A stretch of DNA of 63,986 bases, filler included, from Reticulomyxa filosa (taxonomy: Eukaryota > Protista > Foraminifera): assembly GCA_000512085.1 (NCBI GenBank). It is 24 parts of 24 records of this genome, joined end to end, with 100 filler letters (N's around TTAATTAATTAA, not from the genome) between each part and the next. Parts side by side here need not be neighbours in the genome. Positions count along the whole stretch, not along the records: positions 1 to 11,901 come from ASPP01025432.1; positions 12,002 to 16,639 come from ASPP01010952.1; 22 more parts are not named here. One strand, 5' to 3'. The position numbers were made by a program, and so were the translations under genes. Shown here in pieces: positions 1 to 12,274 of the stretch (its first letter is position 1; each line of letters starts with the position of its first letter). A model generated the notes under the pieces. The model saw only the letters and a list, made by a program, of their open reading frames with translations, ran no database searches and was not told the DNA's origin.

Positions 1-1286
1 AAAAAAAAAAAATCGTATCTATACGTAATCCATCATTTTTTTATTAAAAAAAAATTGATTGCTGTTGATACGAAACAATCCAGGAAAACACGAAAGAAGC
101 ATTTGCATTGTTTGTGCCATTGGCAGTAATTGCTTCCGTATTTGGCTACCGCGCCTTTGGACGATGGGTTCCTCGCACAGTCGGTGTTTTGTCTTTGGTT
201 GGCGCATATTTCCGCTATAAAGTTAGTCTTTCATTTTTTTATTTTCATGCATGAACTAAAAAATATAAAAATGTTAGTACTTCAATTTTTTTTGTAAAAA
301 TTTTTAATACATTGTTTTTTTTGGTGTGATTGTTTCTCTTTTGAATTCGAAAAGTTTGTGAAAGGATATATTGAGGACGCGGACAAACGAGTGAAACCAT
401 TCAAATTGAATGTACTGCTTTCGGTGAGACCAGTTGCTCTTTTGGCGGTAGCATCCTGTGGTTACTTGGTTGGTCGTGAGTTGTACAACTCTATCAAGTC
501 AAAAAGAAAAAATGAAAGCTAAACAATAAGTAAATTTGTTGCAAGTGTAATGGTTTTATTTGATTTGTTGTTAAAAACCATTGTAGTTGAACATTCTCAA
601 AATGTTTAAAAAAACTCGTGAAAAAAAAAGTTTCATTGAGAAGATTCTGCTTGCTGTCATTACTTTTTAAGGTGTCACTTTTTTTTAACAAAAATATCGC
701 AGTTGGATTTTGACATAAAACAAAGAAGGTTTTTGATGCGTGATCGCCGGGGGCATACATTAAAAAAATAAATTTGCTATCAGTCCATTTCTCATCAGTT
801 TTGTACGTACTTGAGCCCTGACAAGCGTGTGATCACATTTTGTAGCTTTAAGTATAAAAAACAAATAAATTAATATTGTAATTACAGTATTGCCCTTTCA
901 CCAACTTGTTCAATTCTCTTTGTATTTTTGTTCATTGTTCCCTCTTCAAGACCGACGCTAAATTTCTAATTTGATTTTTTAATTTTCAATAAACATAATT
1001 ATGTCTACACTTTTTGTAAATTGAAAAAGAAAAGGTTAAACAGATAAAACAAACAGAACAGCAAAAAAAAAAGTTTGAAAGATATGATATCACGTTTATC
1101 TATTGAAAAAATATTCCTCTACAAAGTTCCATTTTACACGTTAAATAACTTGATCGCAGCCACTTAAATAAATAAACACAATTACATTGTTTAGCTTAAT
1201 CCAAACACTATTACGACAAATGCACTGTCCCTAACAAGGAAATCGACAATATATTTTTAAAATTAAAAAAAATAACAATATAGTGT

Positions 1287-1516
1287 TGTAGGGCAAGTCC
1301 CTATTTACACATGCCGAACACTTATGGAACTGAGGAACTCCCATTGGGTTAAACTTCTCCAACAACTTTTCTTCACTTCTTGTTTGTTTTCTTCTTACTT
1401 ATTGAATTATTCATTTTGGTTATTTAATTTACTTTGTTTTACTGAAAGCCACTCTCAATTCGAGTAAAACCTTTCGTATTACATTTAGTGTAGCTCTCCA
1501 CAGTAGACACTCCACA
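1287..1516 (+). mobile_element. ~230-bp TG...CA dispersed repeat, solo-LTR-like (copy A)
   Basis: Starts TGTAGGGCAAGTCCCTA and ends ...TCCACA. Colinear with 40586-40799 (TGTAGGGCAAGGCCCTA...TGAGGA.TCCC...GG.TAAACTTCT...TAATTTACTTT...TCGTATTACA) on another contig and with 2694-3923. No clear TSD. Confidence 0.6.
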
Positions 1517-1618
1517 TTTTTAAAAAATAGGATTAAATGTTTATTTTTCATGAGAAAATCGATTACTTCATAAAGCTGAATAATATATTTGCCATTTTTT
1601 TTACAAACTACTACATGT
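1517..1618. mobile_element. Degenerate copy of the Tc1-family terminal inverted repeat
   Basis: TTTAAAAAATAGGATTAAATGTTTATTTTTCATGAGAAAATCGATTA matches the TIR at 3760-3856 and 12090-12192. Confidence 0.55.
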
Positions 1619-2693
1619 TTATATTTAAATTAAGATTTATTTTCATTTCGAGTATTTAAGGATTGCTTTTGTTTTGAGATAGAACATATAACCAAGACAA
1701 ATTAAATAACATTTACAAGTTCTGCCTTATTAGCAGAAACTCCTGCAAAAGGTAAATAAACTGTTTACAAACGTGCTGGTAAAAATTGCATACAGTGCAA
1801 TTTAAACTATTTTGCCTATTTCTTCGCCATGTATCTATTGGCAAATGAAATAAGATAAAGCGATCTTTTTTTGTTATTGTCTAAAGAGCTTGTATTGTGT
1901 TAGTATTTGCATTTGGTTTTGATTTGACTTAAGTGCGAGGCCAACATGCTGCTATCCAACGATCGCAAAACGCTGGCCGTTGCCATCAAATCTTCCGTTT
2001 ATTTTTTTTGATGAGGACAAATTCGTCTTTTATATATACATATAAATATATTATATATCTACAATTTTCTATCTTTTTGTCCTTTACAAACCTAAATTTT
2101 TCTTGAGTCACCAGTTATCAAATAAAAAAGGGAACGAGGATTTTTTGTTTGCTTTTTTTTTACACTGTCGCCATCGACTGGAAAAAAGAATGGCCTTGCT
2201 CAAGACGCACCAACTAACCTTGCAAAGTACTGTTAATGAATTGTATTGTGTAGCGGTAAACAACTGCAGACGAAATTTGTGATTGGTCAATCCAACGAGT
2301 CTTTTGATCGCGTTTTGGACTTTGAAACTGGGAAAGAAATTAGTTACGTTATTAAAGAGAATAGGCGACTTGTTTTTGCTCAATAAAAAAAATCGTCATT
2401 AGCAACATATCGAAAATAAGATTTTTAAGTTGCTGATAATTGTATTTTTTTTATGTGATTGAATGAATAGGTGATGTGGTGGACATGCAAAATACGATCG
2501 TTGAGTATCTTTTGCTCATGGTCCTGTGTTTGCGTCAGCTCAGAAGATTATAGTTTGTTCATTTGGAACATGAATTACAAACTGTTGAAAGACAATTTTA
2601 AAGTTTGTAACATATATTTTTCTTCAAAAATTATTCTTTTTTTATTGTGATATTTTTTTTCCCTTTTCTCAACATTGTAATGTTTTTATTAAA

Positions 2694-3923
2694 GGTATGT
2701 CAAGTCCATATTATAAGTATTTGAACGCAAGTGAACGGAGGAATCACCATTATGTTAAACTTCTTCAACAATTTAATTCGTAATTTGTTACTTTTCTTTA
2801 ATTTCTTTTTGTTGTTTTGTTTTATTATTTAATTTACTTTCGTTTTACGAAAATTCCTACAGTAGATTGCAAAAAAAACTTCAATACATAAATGGCACTA
2901 TATTAAGAGAATCGATTTTCTCCATGAAAAATAAAGATTTAAATCTAATTTTAAAAAATATATACTAATCTTATAGTTTTTAAATATTAAATTGGTTTCA
3001 TAATAAGTTTTTTCTATGTTGATCAAAAATATGATTTTTTAAAATAATTTTTAAAAATTTCGAAGTAGTCCATATAAATTTAGCATGTATTGAAAATAAG
3101 AAATTTTAAATCTTTTGGTTTTCATTTTAGGAATCTTCAAGTCACGTAGATACTTTTTAAAAAAAGATTAGCATTGTATCTTTCGTAGTTTTAACAATTT
3201 TTTTTGTAATGTTTTTAGTTTTTTGTTGATTTTCCTTGCGCCATTGGCTCAACTAGAGCTTAACATAGTTTAGTGTCAGTTTTTCAAATTTTTTTCAATT
3301 TTTTCACAAAGTTATTATTTATTGTTAATTTTTTCTCCTTTACATAATTTTACTTTAATTATTCACCAAATGCTCTAAATTGGATTTAGGTCTGGTGAAT
3401 TATTAGGAAAATTTATCAGTTCTATTATTTTCTTTAAATCAATCCATTATTCTTTAGCTTTGTGACATGATGAATCTTATCTGACTTGCCAGATCCAGCT
3501 TTTCTTTTTACAGTTCTATTACACTAATATGACGACAGCCAAAATTGAAGCTATACTTATATTAAATTTCTTTGCGACAGATCGAATGCTAGCTGCACCA
3601 ACCAGCATACCAACAGCAACTCTTTTCTTAAATCAATCAAATGTTTCAATATTTTAAATATCAAAATTTTGAAATGTCAATTAAAAATATCAATAATAAA
3701 GAAAATTAGCAAAAAAAAAATAATTTAATATTTAAAAACTACAAAATTAGTATATATTTTTTTAAAAAATTATGTTTAAATCTTTATTTTTCATGGAGAA
3801 AATCGATTATATTCATATAGTGCCACATGTATGGCAGTTTTTTTTGCAATATAATGTATTCTCTTTTAAGTAAACACCTATCGTATTACAGTTAGTGCAT
3901 CAATACTATCAGCAGACGTTACA
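2694..3923 (+). mobile_element. Solo-LTR-like repeat (copy B) split by a Tc1 insertion
   Basis: 2694-2859 matches the 5' part of copies A and C (CAAGTCCATATT...GAGGAATCACCATTATGTTAAACTTCTTCAACAA...AATTTACTTTCGTTTTAC). 3859-3923 matches the 3' part (CCTATCGTATTACAGTTAGTG...CGTTACA). Confidence 0.65.
2860..3856 (-). mobile_element. Internally deleted Tc1/mariner-superfamily (Tc1-type) DNA transposon with TIRs and TA target-site duplication
   Basis: TA|CAGTAGATTGCAAAAAAAACT...AGTTTTTTTTGCAATATAATG|TA with imperfect TIRs of ~130 bp or more. Minus strand 3410-3366 reads FPNNSPDLNPI*SIW (Tc1 WPxxSPDLNPIENxW motif). HTH-like remnant KKRVAVGMLVGAASIRSVAKKFNIS near 3560-3630. Confidence 0.85.
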
Positions 3924-4836
3924 CAGTAGCACAATACTTTTTTTTTTAGAGTACACTGTATTTGTATAGTTTGGTATTAATTTCAAAAATTGAAACATTC
4001 ATTTGTGCTATCTTGTGTTGTTTTTTATTGGCTCAATTAAGGCCTTCAACAACAAACTAAATAATATTATTTCAAATATACTATGTTATACTTTTAATAG
4101 CAAAATGCTTCTGACTATGCTGCAATTTTTCTTTTATGACGTATAAACTATCATCGTATCAAAAAGATCAATTATTTACTTTATTTTTGGCACAAAAGAA
4201 ATCGAAAAGAAAATTGCAACTAGTTTTTGTTTGCTGTTTATAATGAGATGATGCTGTTTTATCAAAATATTTTTTGTAGTTTAGTAATTTATTCAAAGCA
4301 TAAACAACACTCGCTGCAAATAATTACACTTATCCCTCGTTAAAAACACTTCTTTTTGTGTTTAATTGTAGAGCAGCTCTAGCAGTGGCAAGAAGATCTG
4401 TAAATAATCGCAAATCTCTTCATTATATACTTTCATTTGTTTTTATCTTTAGACAAAATGAACGTGAATTAAACAAAGGCAACACACGTGTTACACTTGG
4501 TTTTACAGGGTCACCAACATAGAGCACTTACTTTATTTCCTTCCTTGGTCAAGTTAGAGAAGCTGTTGCACAACTGCCTGAACCTTATAAAAACAATACA
4601 TAAAATCACAACAGAAATTTGAGCATTTTTTTTTTGTTTTGAAGACAATCTTTAGTAATAAAAAACTTTAAATAGAGTAAATCATATGTATACAATTTAT
4701 CTTCGCAAAGGTGTGTTCATAGAAAATAATGTTCTTTGACTAGTTTTAGTACAAGAAAAGGGTAGATCACAAAGAAAAATTTTTTGTTACATATTTTAAT
4801 ATTTGTCCAATTTGGTAGGTCGTTGAATTGAAGAGT

Positions 4837-6403
4837 ATGTCGAAACCTTCAGAGAAAGGGAAAACTTCGAATCAATTGTTGTCCATGAGCTTTACGGACT
4901 TAAAAAAACACGCGACAAGTGTAGGGGTCGACTCAAAGTTTGGTGCAACAAAGGCTGCACTAATCAAGCTTATTCTCGAAAAAGACCCGCCATCAGTTTT
5001 GTTTCAAATTTGAATTTCCTCAAAATGAACGCACACAAAACATGGATTTATATGTTATGTATAAATAAGGCCGACGCAGAAGCGGAGTCATTGGCAAGTT
5101 CGAAAGGCGGCTATTCGATACTAGCGGAAAAAAAAATGTTGGCAGGGTATCAAGAGCAGCCGAAAAGTGAGAATGCGCAAGAAGAAAAAAAACACACTGA
5201 AGACAGTGCAACCAAAAACACAGCAAATGCTACGTCAGGTTCAAAACATGCAGCGAGACGAGAAAGAAATCGTCAAGAGCGATACACTCGATATTTCGAG
5301 TCATTGCCACCAATGACTTTGGCAAGCGCAATAAAAATCGTGCGCGAAAAAGCGCCGAGAAACAATTTGCATGTTTCTACGTACAACTCGTTTGTGTCAT
5401 TTTTTACGAGTCGACCATTACAATCGAGTTTTGAATTTTTGTCCGCACACAACAACATAATTACATGCACATATAATGTATACGTATATACGTATATGTA
5501 AATTATGAAAAAAAAAAAAAAGTAAAAAGCGATGAATATTTCGATGATCTAATAAACTGTGAGGAGCGAATATCGGATGAAAATGACCGACAATTGGGCG
5601 AATTGCATAGGCTGTTGAATCAATGGATGCACGCCTCTTGGATGGAGACGGCATATTCCTTGCAAGGCTATGTTCCCAGTGAAAATGAAAAGGGATTCGA
5701 TCACAGCCAAATGTTGTTGTTGACCACATTCACCGTCCCCAACGTCAAGTTTCGAATTGAATGGTGGGACCAATTGCGTGGCCATTACAAAATAGCTAAG
5801 CTTTTGCGCCAATTCATCTACACGTTGATACAGGCTTTGGACGACGTCACGCAAGTGCAGTTTACATTTTACAATATATCTCTGTCAATTTGTACACGTA
5901 TATCTTTATAAATGCATGTTTGCATGTTTGACTTTGGGAAGAATGAAACGTACCAGAGAGTGATGCTGGCATCTTTGATTCTGGCCAAGTTTCGTAATGA
6001 GGATATCGAATTCACATCGTTTGATCCGTTCAAAGACGTCAATAGTTTTTTGACACGCGTGACATTGACGCCGACTGCCACGGAAATCTTCAAAGCCAAG
6101 ACGTTTGATCGTCTCAAAGAAAAGGGTAACCTATCCTCTCATATTATGGAAGTTAAAATTAATTTCATGTCCAACAGCGACACCTTGGAACAAATTCGTC
6201 AGAAGGCTGTCCAAATGGGCTCTGCTGGTATATACATATGAGTTTTCTCTCTCTCTCTCTTGTTAACAAAGTCACACATACATATACAATGGAATCGTGT
6301 ACGTACTCGCGTTTGCATGTCTACAGTCGATGCGCCCCTTGTTGCAGGATTTAAAAAAAATAACGGTATGTTCTCGTCTGAACTTTGGGAGTGGAATGTG
6401 GAG

Positions 6404-6450
<47 letters not shown>

Positions 6451-7808
6451 GTTGGGAAAGTACCCAAGAATAAATTGCAAATGTTGGACTGTGTGTTATG
6501 TGTGGGAGAAAAGATGGACTAACCACGACAGAGCGCGTGCAAAAAGAGATTGGCACAACGTTGGAAACGGACAAAGTGAAAGAGCAATTGCAATCGAAGT
6601 TAGTGTTTCGAAAGTACGAAAACAAGGATAATGAAAATAATAAGAAGACGAACGACGAAGAAAAAAAAGAAGACGTGGTCATTGCCAACTCGGAAGCGAA
6701 TACGACAACTTCTGCTGTCAAAATGAGTATGTAACATTGCTATTACAAACAATCGAACACAATTGTTATCTGATTTCATTATTTCCTTTTGTTTGTTTGA
6801 ATGTGTAAACAAAGACAGAAACCTCTTGAACCAAATAGCCCAGCATCATCTTCACTCCAATGATTCAGACACCGCTTCAACCATGAATGGTAAGTTAACA
6901 CGAAAAATATGTTTATTCGAAATATAATTACATTTTTTGTTTTATGTTTATATTTATTTTGCCTTGAATCAAGCAACCGTTCTTGCTGCTCCGCTCTCAG
7001 TTTCTGTTCCTATTACTCAAGTCCCTGTTCCAGCACCTATTCCAGCACCTATTCCAGCTCATATTCCAGCTCCTATTCCAGCTCCCATTCCAGCTCCTAT
7101 TCCAGGACTTATCCCGGGACCTTTACCTGCCTGTTACTTTGTGTTGTCGTTGAAACTCTTGCATTGTGTGTAATTACATACATATGTATATGTGTAGCAA
7201 ATAACGATGACATGGATGATGAATTGGAGAGCTCTCAAAATCGTGGGATATCCTGGGACAAGGCAAAGCGGGAATTTGAAGTAATCATTCATTCTGTAAA
7301 CAGTTTGCAAGAGCGCATCCGCAGAATGGAGCAAACGATCCAAGCACTGTACAATCGACCCATGGACGACGTGAACATGTCGCAGGAGGATCGCCGCTAT
7401 TTGCATTTGTTTGACCGAGAAGATGCTCTGGATTGGACAGCGCTGCAACAACAGTGCCAAGCTATCAAACGTCTTTGGCAAGGGTTTGAATTGCAATCCA
7501 AACGCAACGAGGAAACTGTTGATCGTTTGCATTTCTTATATCACTCTCAATTTCGTGCCAACATTTTGAAAAACCTTGAGGAACCCAAATTTAACGCGCT
7601 CATCGAGGCTGTCGATGTTGGATGGGGCTTGTTTGTCCCTACCGAAATCTACGGTCTTATTTGGATGTTTGTCAAGCCTTTTGACGAACTCTTGGAACTC
7701 AAATTTGCGGTGGAAACGCTCAATGAATTTTGGGATCAAAATAAAAAATCTCTCATCACCAAAAAATTACCCATTCAAAGTCACAGGGGTTATGAGACTA
7801 TTTTTTAA
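4837..7808 (+). CDS. Multi-exon hypothetical protein (N-terminal SAP/HeH-like helical motif, PAPI repeat, C-terminal coiled coil)
   Basis: Successive coding blocks (4837-4995, ~5070-5390, ~5523-5854, ~5943-6228, ~6514-6727, ~6973-7132, ~7198-7808) separated by GT..AG AT-rich introns. No family recognised. Exon boundaries are approximate. Confidence 0.55.
7024..7107 (+). repeat. 12-nt coding tandem repeat (CCTATTCCAGCW) encoding PIPA x7
   Basis: PVPAPIPAPIPAHIPAPIPAPIPAPIPG in ORF 6937..7173. Confidence 0.9.
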
Positions 7809-8158
7809 ATGTTTTTTTGGTTTGGTTTGGTTTGTTTCAACAAAAAAATTAAGTTGATATCCAGGTGTTTTTGCATTTTTTTACATTAAAAAATTGTGAC
7901 TGTGTCTTCGGTGCAAATTGCAAACCTTTTTATTGTTTCGTTGAATATTCTTATGTTTATATAATTTTGAGATCCTTTGTTGTTTGAAACCATTGAGAGA
8001 GTGCGAGGAAAGCTTTCAAATATGTTAAGAAGCAATCCTGCTTTTTCATTCTTGTCATATAAATACGGGGATTAAGTGAAAGACCGTACAACCAGACAAA
8101 AATAATGTGAAAACTAAAAAGACCACGTCAAAAAAGGGAATTCAAACTAAATAAAAAA

Positions 8159-9490
8159 ATGGCACATTATGTGTTTTGGTCTGCTTCCAGAACTTCCAGA
8201 CTTGTTAATTGGAAGCATTTGCGTTGGTGTTTGTTGATGTTGTCGTTTTTATTAAGTTTTTGGTGCTGGTTAACCTTTAGAAGTGAAAACGAAGAAACAA
8301 AAGCAATATCATTGGTTATGATAAAAGAAGAAGAAATGGATAAAATGAATAATATGATGGATGATAATGAAGTGAATGAAATAGAAGATGAAATGGAAGA
8401 AATAAAGAAAAAAATTTGGAGTAAATCAATAGAAATAAAAGAAAAAAAGAAAGAAAGATATATAATAGGTTGTGGTTGTAAAAAATGTGGTAGTACATTT
8501 TTATATGATTCATTAGTAAATAAAATAAAAAAAAAAGAAGATATGAAAATAAAATTGGGTAAACCAAATGAGCGTGAAAAACAATATTGGAGCTCAATAG
8601 ATTGTTTAAGAATGAATATTGAAAGATGTAATATAAATAATTATCAAATAACATGTTTTTATGAAGATAAAAGAGTATGGAAATATATTACAAACAATAA
8701 TAATAATAATAATAATGATAATAATAATACAATTATATATATTGAAAAAACACCAGAATATATTATAAATCCTTATACAGCAAGTTATATATCATATTAT
8801 GCACAATGGTTAGATTTAAAAATAATAATGATATTAAGACAACCAGTAGAAAGAATGTATTCAGATATGTGGAATTATTATCGTTCAAAAAAAAATAATA
8901 ATAATAATTTATTAGATCGTGATAAACAAAAGACAAAATATAATAATAGAAAGATTAAATAAAACAATTTTAAATTGGAATACAATAATAATAAATAAAA
9001 ATAAAGAATGGTTATTAATAATAAAATTATTAAATGATTTAAAAAAAAATAAAAAAATAAATAATAAAATAATTAAAAATGATTGGATAAATATATTTAA
9101 TGAATATCTTTTTTCAAATAAAATAGATTATGCTAAAGTATTATTACAAAATGTAATAATAAAATCTTGTTATTATCCACAAATATTATTATGGATAGAT
9201 AATTTATTATTAATAGATATTCAAAAAGAAAAATTTAAAATAATACAATTTGAATCAATGGAAAAATTATTAAAAAATGGTTTAATAGATAAATGGTTAA
9301 ATATAGAAAATAATAATAATAATAATAATAATATAATAATAATAATATTATTCATATTAGTCCTAAATTAAATAGTGGTGTTAGAAATAATTTAAGAATT
9401 CAAGATTTTCCAGAATTATTTCAATTATGGAATCATTTTTTTAAAGATTGTAATAAACATTTATTTTTTTATTTCAAACAAATGCATTAA
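8159..9490 (+). CDS. Type II membrane sulfotransferase (heparan-sulfate 3-O/N-sulfotransferase-like), two apparent frameshifts
   Basis: N-terminal signal anchor; 5'-PSB motif IIGCGCKKCGSTFLY; EKTPEY; 3'-PB motif IIMILRQPVERMYSD. SCYYPQILLW follows in the next frame and C-terminal LWNHFFKDCNKHL in a third frame, ending TAA at 9490. Shifts fall near 8925-8940 and in the (AAT)n run at ~9330-9350. Confidence 0.75.
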
Positions 9491-9646
9491 TGCAAAAATA
9501 TATATTATTTAGTAATTTTAGTGAGTGGTGAATGATGAATGAATGTGAATGATGAAATAAGATGATTATTAACAAAATAATTTATGAACAACCAACAACA
9601 TAAAAAATAAACAAACAATAATAAATAATAATAATAATTATTATTA

Positions 9647-10367
9647 TTATTCTCCTATCTTTACTATTAATATTGCATCCACACCTGTTTTATATTTATA
9701 ATTTGGATTTCTTGTTGCACTTCTTGTTATCATAAATTTTGTTAAACTAAAATTGTATCTATTATTATATTTATTATTCATTTCAATTAAAAATGTTTCT
9801 TTTAATAATTGTAATGTTATTATTCTATAATATTGTATTAATTCTCTACATTTTCTATTATTTATAATACTTATCATTATAAATATTGTCATTATTATTA
9901 ATGTTATTATTCCACATATTATATAATTTATATCTCTATTTGCATTTCCTGTTATTAATAATAAACAACTTAATAATAATAATATTATACTTAAACACCA
10001 TAATATATTTCTCATATATTTATTATATTTATATCTTTTTTTTAATTCTATTCCTTTTGTTTGTATTGTTTCTATATTTTTTATTCCTTCTAAACATTCT
10101 TCATATACTTCTTTTTCAATTACACTATCTTTTGATAATGGATTTTCTTCAATATATAATCTATACATTATATAATATATATACATATATGCATATATAT
10201 ACACGTATATATTATTTATATTAGTACATGTATACATATGTACATACACATAAATACGTGTTCTTTAACACACTGTACACAAAAACATAAACACAAAACG
10301 TTGTCTCAAATTTTCTAAGCTCAAACGCCAAATAATACCGAGTCACGTCCATACTTTTGTCCAACAT
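9647..10367 (-). CDS. Two-TM hypothetical membrane protein, 2 exons (10367-10300, 10160-9647)
   Basis: Exon 1 MLDKSMDVTRYYLAFELRKFET splices in frame (AC|GT...AG|A) to LYIEENPLSK...; two hydrophobic helices ILWCLSIILLLLSCLLLI and YIICGIITLIIMTIFIMISII. Confidence 0.6.
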
Positions 10368-11901
10368 TCTTTTTTAGTTCTTTCTTTGCTATTTTTAATT
10401 TAGTCTTCTTTAAAGTTTAAGTACCTTTCTGCCTTTCGTTCACAATTTTTTTTTTACCAACAGCAAGTGAAGAAAAAATGCTAAAATGTACTGATTTTCT
10501 AAATGAAAAACAAACACTAAAATATTTGAAAAAAAAATACAAATTTTAGTTTTACTTAAATTTTTCTTTTCTAAAAAGAAATGTGTGCAAGCATAAATGC
10601 ATTCTACGCCGTGGGAAATATACAAGCGATTCTGTGTTACAACAAGTTATTTGGCAGGTTAGTGAAAATATTGGAATTCAGCTTTCATAAAAGAGAAGGT
10701 GATTATTTTAAAGAAAGAGAACATAAGAATGAACGAAAAGAAAAAATTACAATAATAATCAAAGAGAAATCAGTGAATGAGCCAAAAACAAGCGAATAGT
10801 CAAATATCAAGGCCAACAGTCTAAGAAATCGATCAAGACAAAAACCAAGAAACAAACAGAACAAAGAAAACAAAGATGAAGTTTCAGAACTTTGAGCGAA
10901 TATTGCTCGTTGGAAGAAACAATTAAACGTTTGTCAAATATGCTGTTATTACGACGACTATAACGAAGATCATACAAATGATGTTGAGTTTGAGAATGAA
11001 TAAGCTGATTAGATTCAAAACAACATAAAATGTTATTTAAAATATAACTTCTGGAGTAAATTTACTTGTATTTTAATCAAGTTGCTTCATTCAAGAATGT
11101 TTACAGTCGAAGAATAGAAACACAAAATCAGGAAATTAATTCAGAATTTGTACAACTCATTATATATCGAAACATGTCGAACGTCGACTAGATCTTCACT
11201 TAACGAAGAACATTTGAACAACAATACAAATTCCAAGTATTATGTTAGTGTGCAAAAAAATTGTTGTCAAGTTTTTATGTTGATTTAAATGGCAAACGAT
11301 GTTGTTTTTTTCACATCAGCCACTGATTTCTGGTTGCAATTTCTTCATTCTCGCTAACAACTTTTTAAACTAATAAAAGGAAATGAAAAAACAGGAAGCA
11401 ATTTGTAACATTTGTTCACTACCTCCTTCACAACGAGTTGCAGTGGGTATACTTCATTAAGAAATGTTCAACTGATTATAGTTTTCTATCGCATCATTTG
11501 CAAGATGGAGAATCTATTTGAACTTTGTATAACAATTTTTCAATCAAGATCTCTAGTGATCTTTATTTGTTCTAAAACTTCATTACCTAGGATAACATAT
11601 ACAATGCAAGCCTAATTGCTTCCAAATCATGTATGCCAATACAAGATTATAACCGTTGAATTGACGGAATATCTAATACACTTGTGATAAAGCTTCAAAT
11701 ATTATTGTATTAATCTCAATTCAAGATGAAGAAGTTGAGAAATGTATTTTGATTTTACAAAGGAAACGTTCAGTGGCAGGGATACAATAATTTTGATTGA
11801 TATTCAAACTAGGGGTGTAGTTGTTTATCGCAAGCACGAGAGAGAAAATATAATATACAAAGTACAGTAGGTTGCAAAGAAAACTGAACGCCTAAAACGA
11901 T

Positions 11902-12001
11902 NNNNNNNNNNNNNNNNNNNNNNNNNNNNNNNNNNNNNNNNNNNNTTAATTAATTAANNNNNNNNNNNNNNNNNNNNNNNNNNNNNNNNNNNNNNNNNNN
12001 N
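11902..12001. other. Artificial contig-joining spacer N44-TTAATTAATTAA-N44 (first of 23)
   Basis: Identical 100-nt spacer with stops in all six frames. Starts at 11902, 16640, 19352, 20615, 23543, 26244, 29219, 35270, 36491, 38585, 39713, 42988, 44429, 45563, 47036, 48136, 50556, 51824, 53138, 55772, 57660, 61329 and 62767. Confidence 0.98.
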
Positions 12002-12274
12002 GAATAAAATATTCAAATTTTTTAAACAATTAGGAAAGATGTAATAAAAAACCAAAATCATATTTAAAAAGTACACGATTTGTAGATATTTTTAAAAAAA
12101 AAATTAGGTCTGAATGTTGTTTTTTCATGAAGAAAATCAATCATCTCTATAAGGTGCCGTTTTATGTGTCAACTTTACTTTGCATTCTACTGTAAATGTC
12201 TGTTTTTCATTGAGAAAATCAATAATCTTCATAAGGTGGATTTTAGGTGTTCAGTTTTTTATGCAACCTACTGT
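12002..12274. mobile_element. Tc1-family TIR ending ...GCATTCTACTG|TA (12192), followed by a second degenerate TIR end (...GCAACCTACTG|TA)
   Basis: 12060-12194 is nearly identical to 58375-58509 on another contig. Confidence 0.8.

Noticed and set aside
7024-7107. CRISPR-like array, also considered for 29068-29139
   Set aside because: These are contiguous in-frame coding tandem repeats without spacers, and there are no cas genes.
8920-9350. Programmed frameshifting in the sulfotransferase, also considered at 28574, ~29700 and 42594-42600
   Set aside because: All shifts lie in or near homopolymer or microsatellite runs, typical of pyrosequencing-type indel errors. No stimulatory structure was seen. 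Read data are needed.
10700-11901. Stop-riddled coding-like stretch at the end of contig 1
   Set aside because: No recognisable motif; left unannotated.
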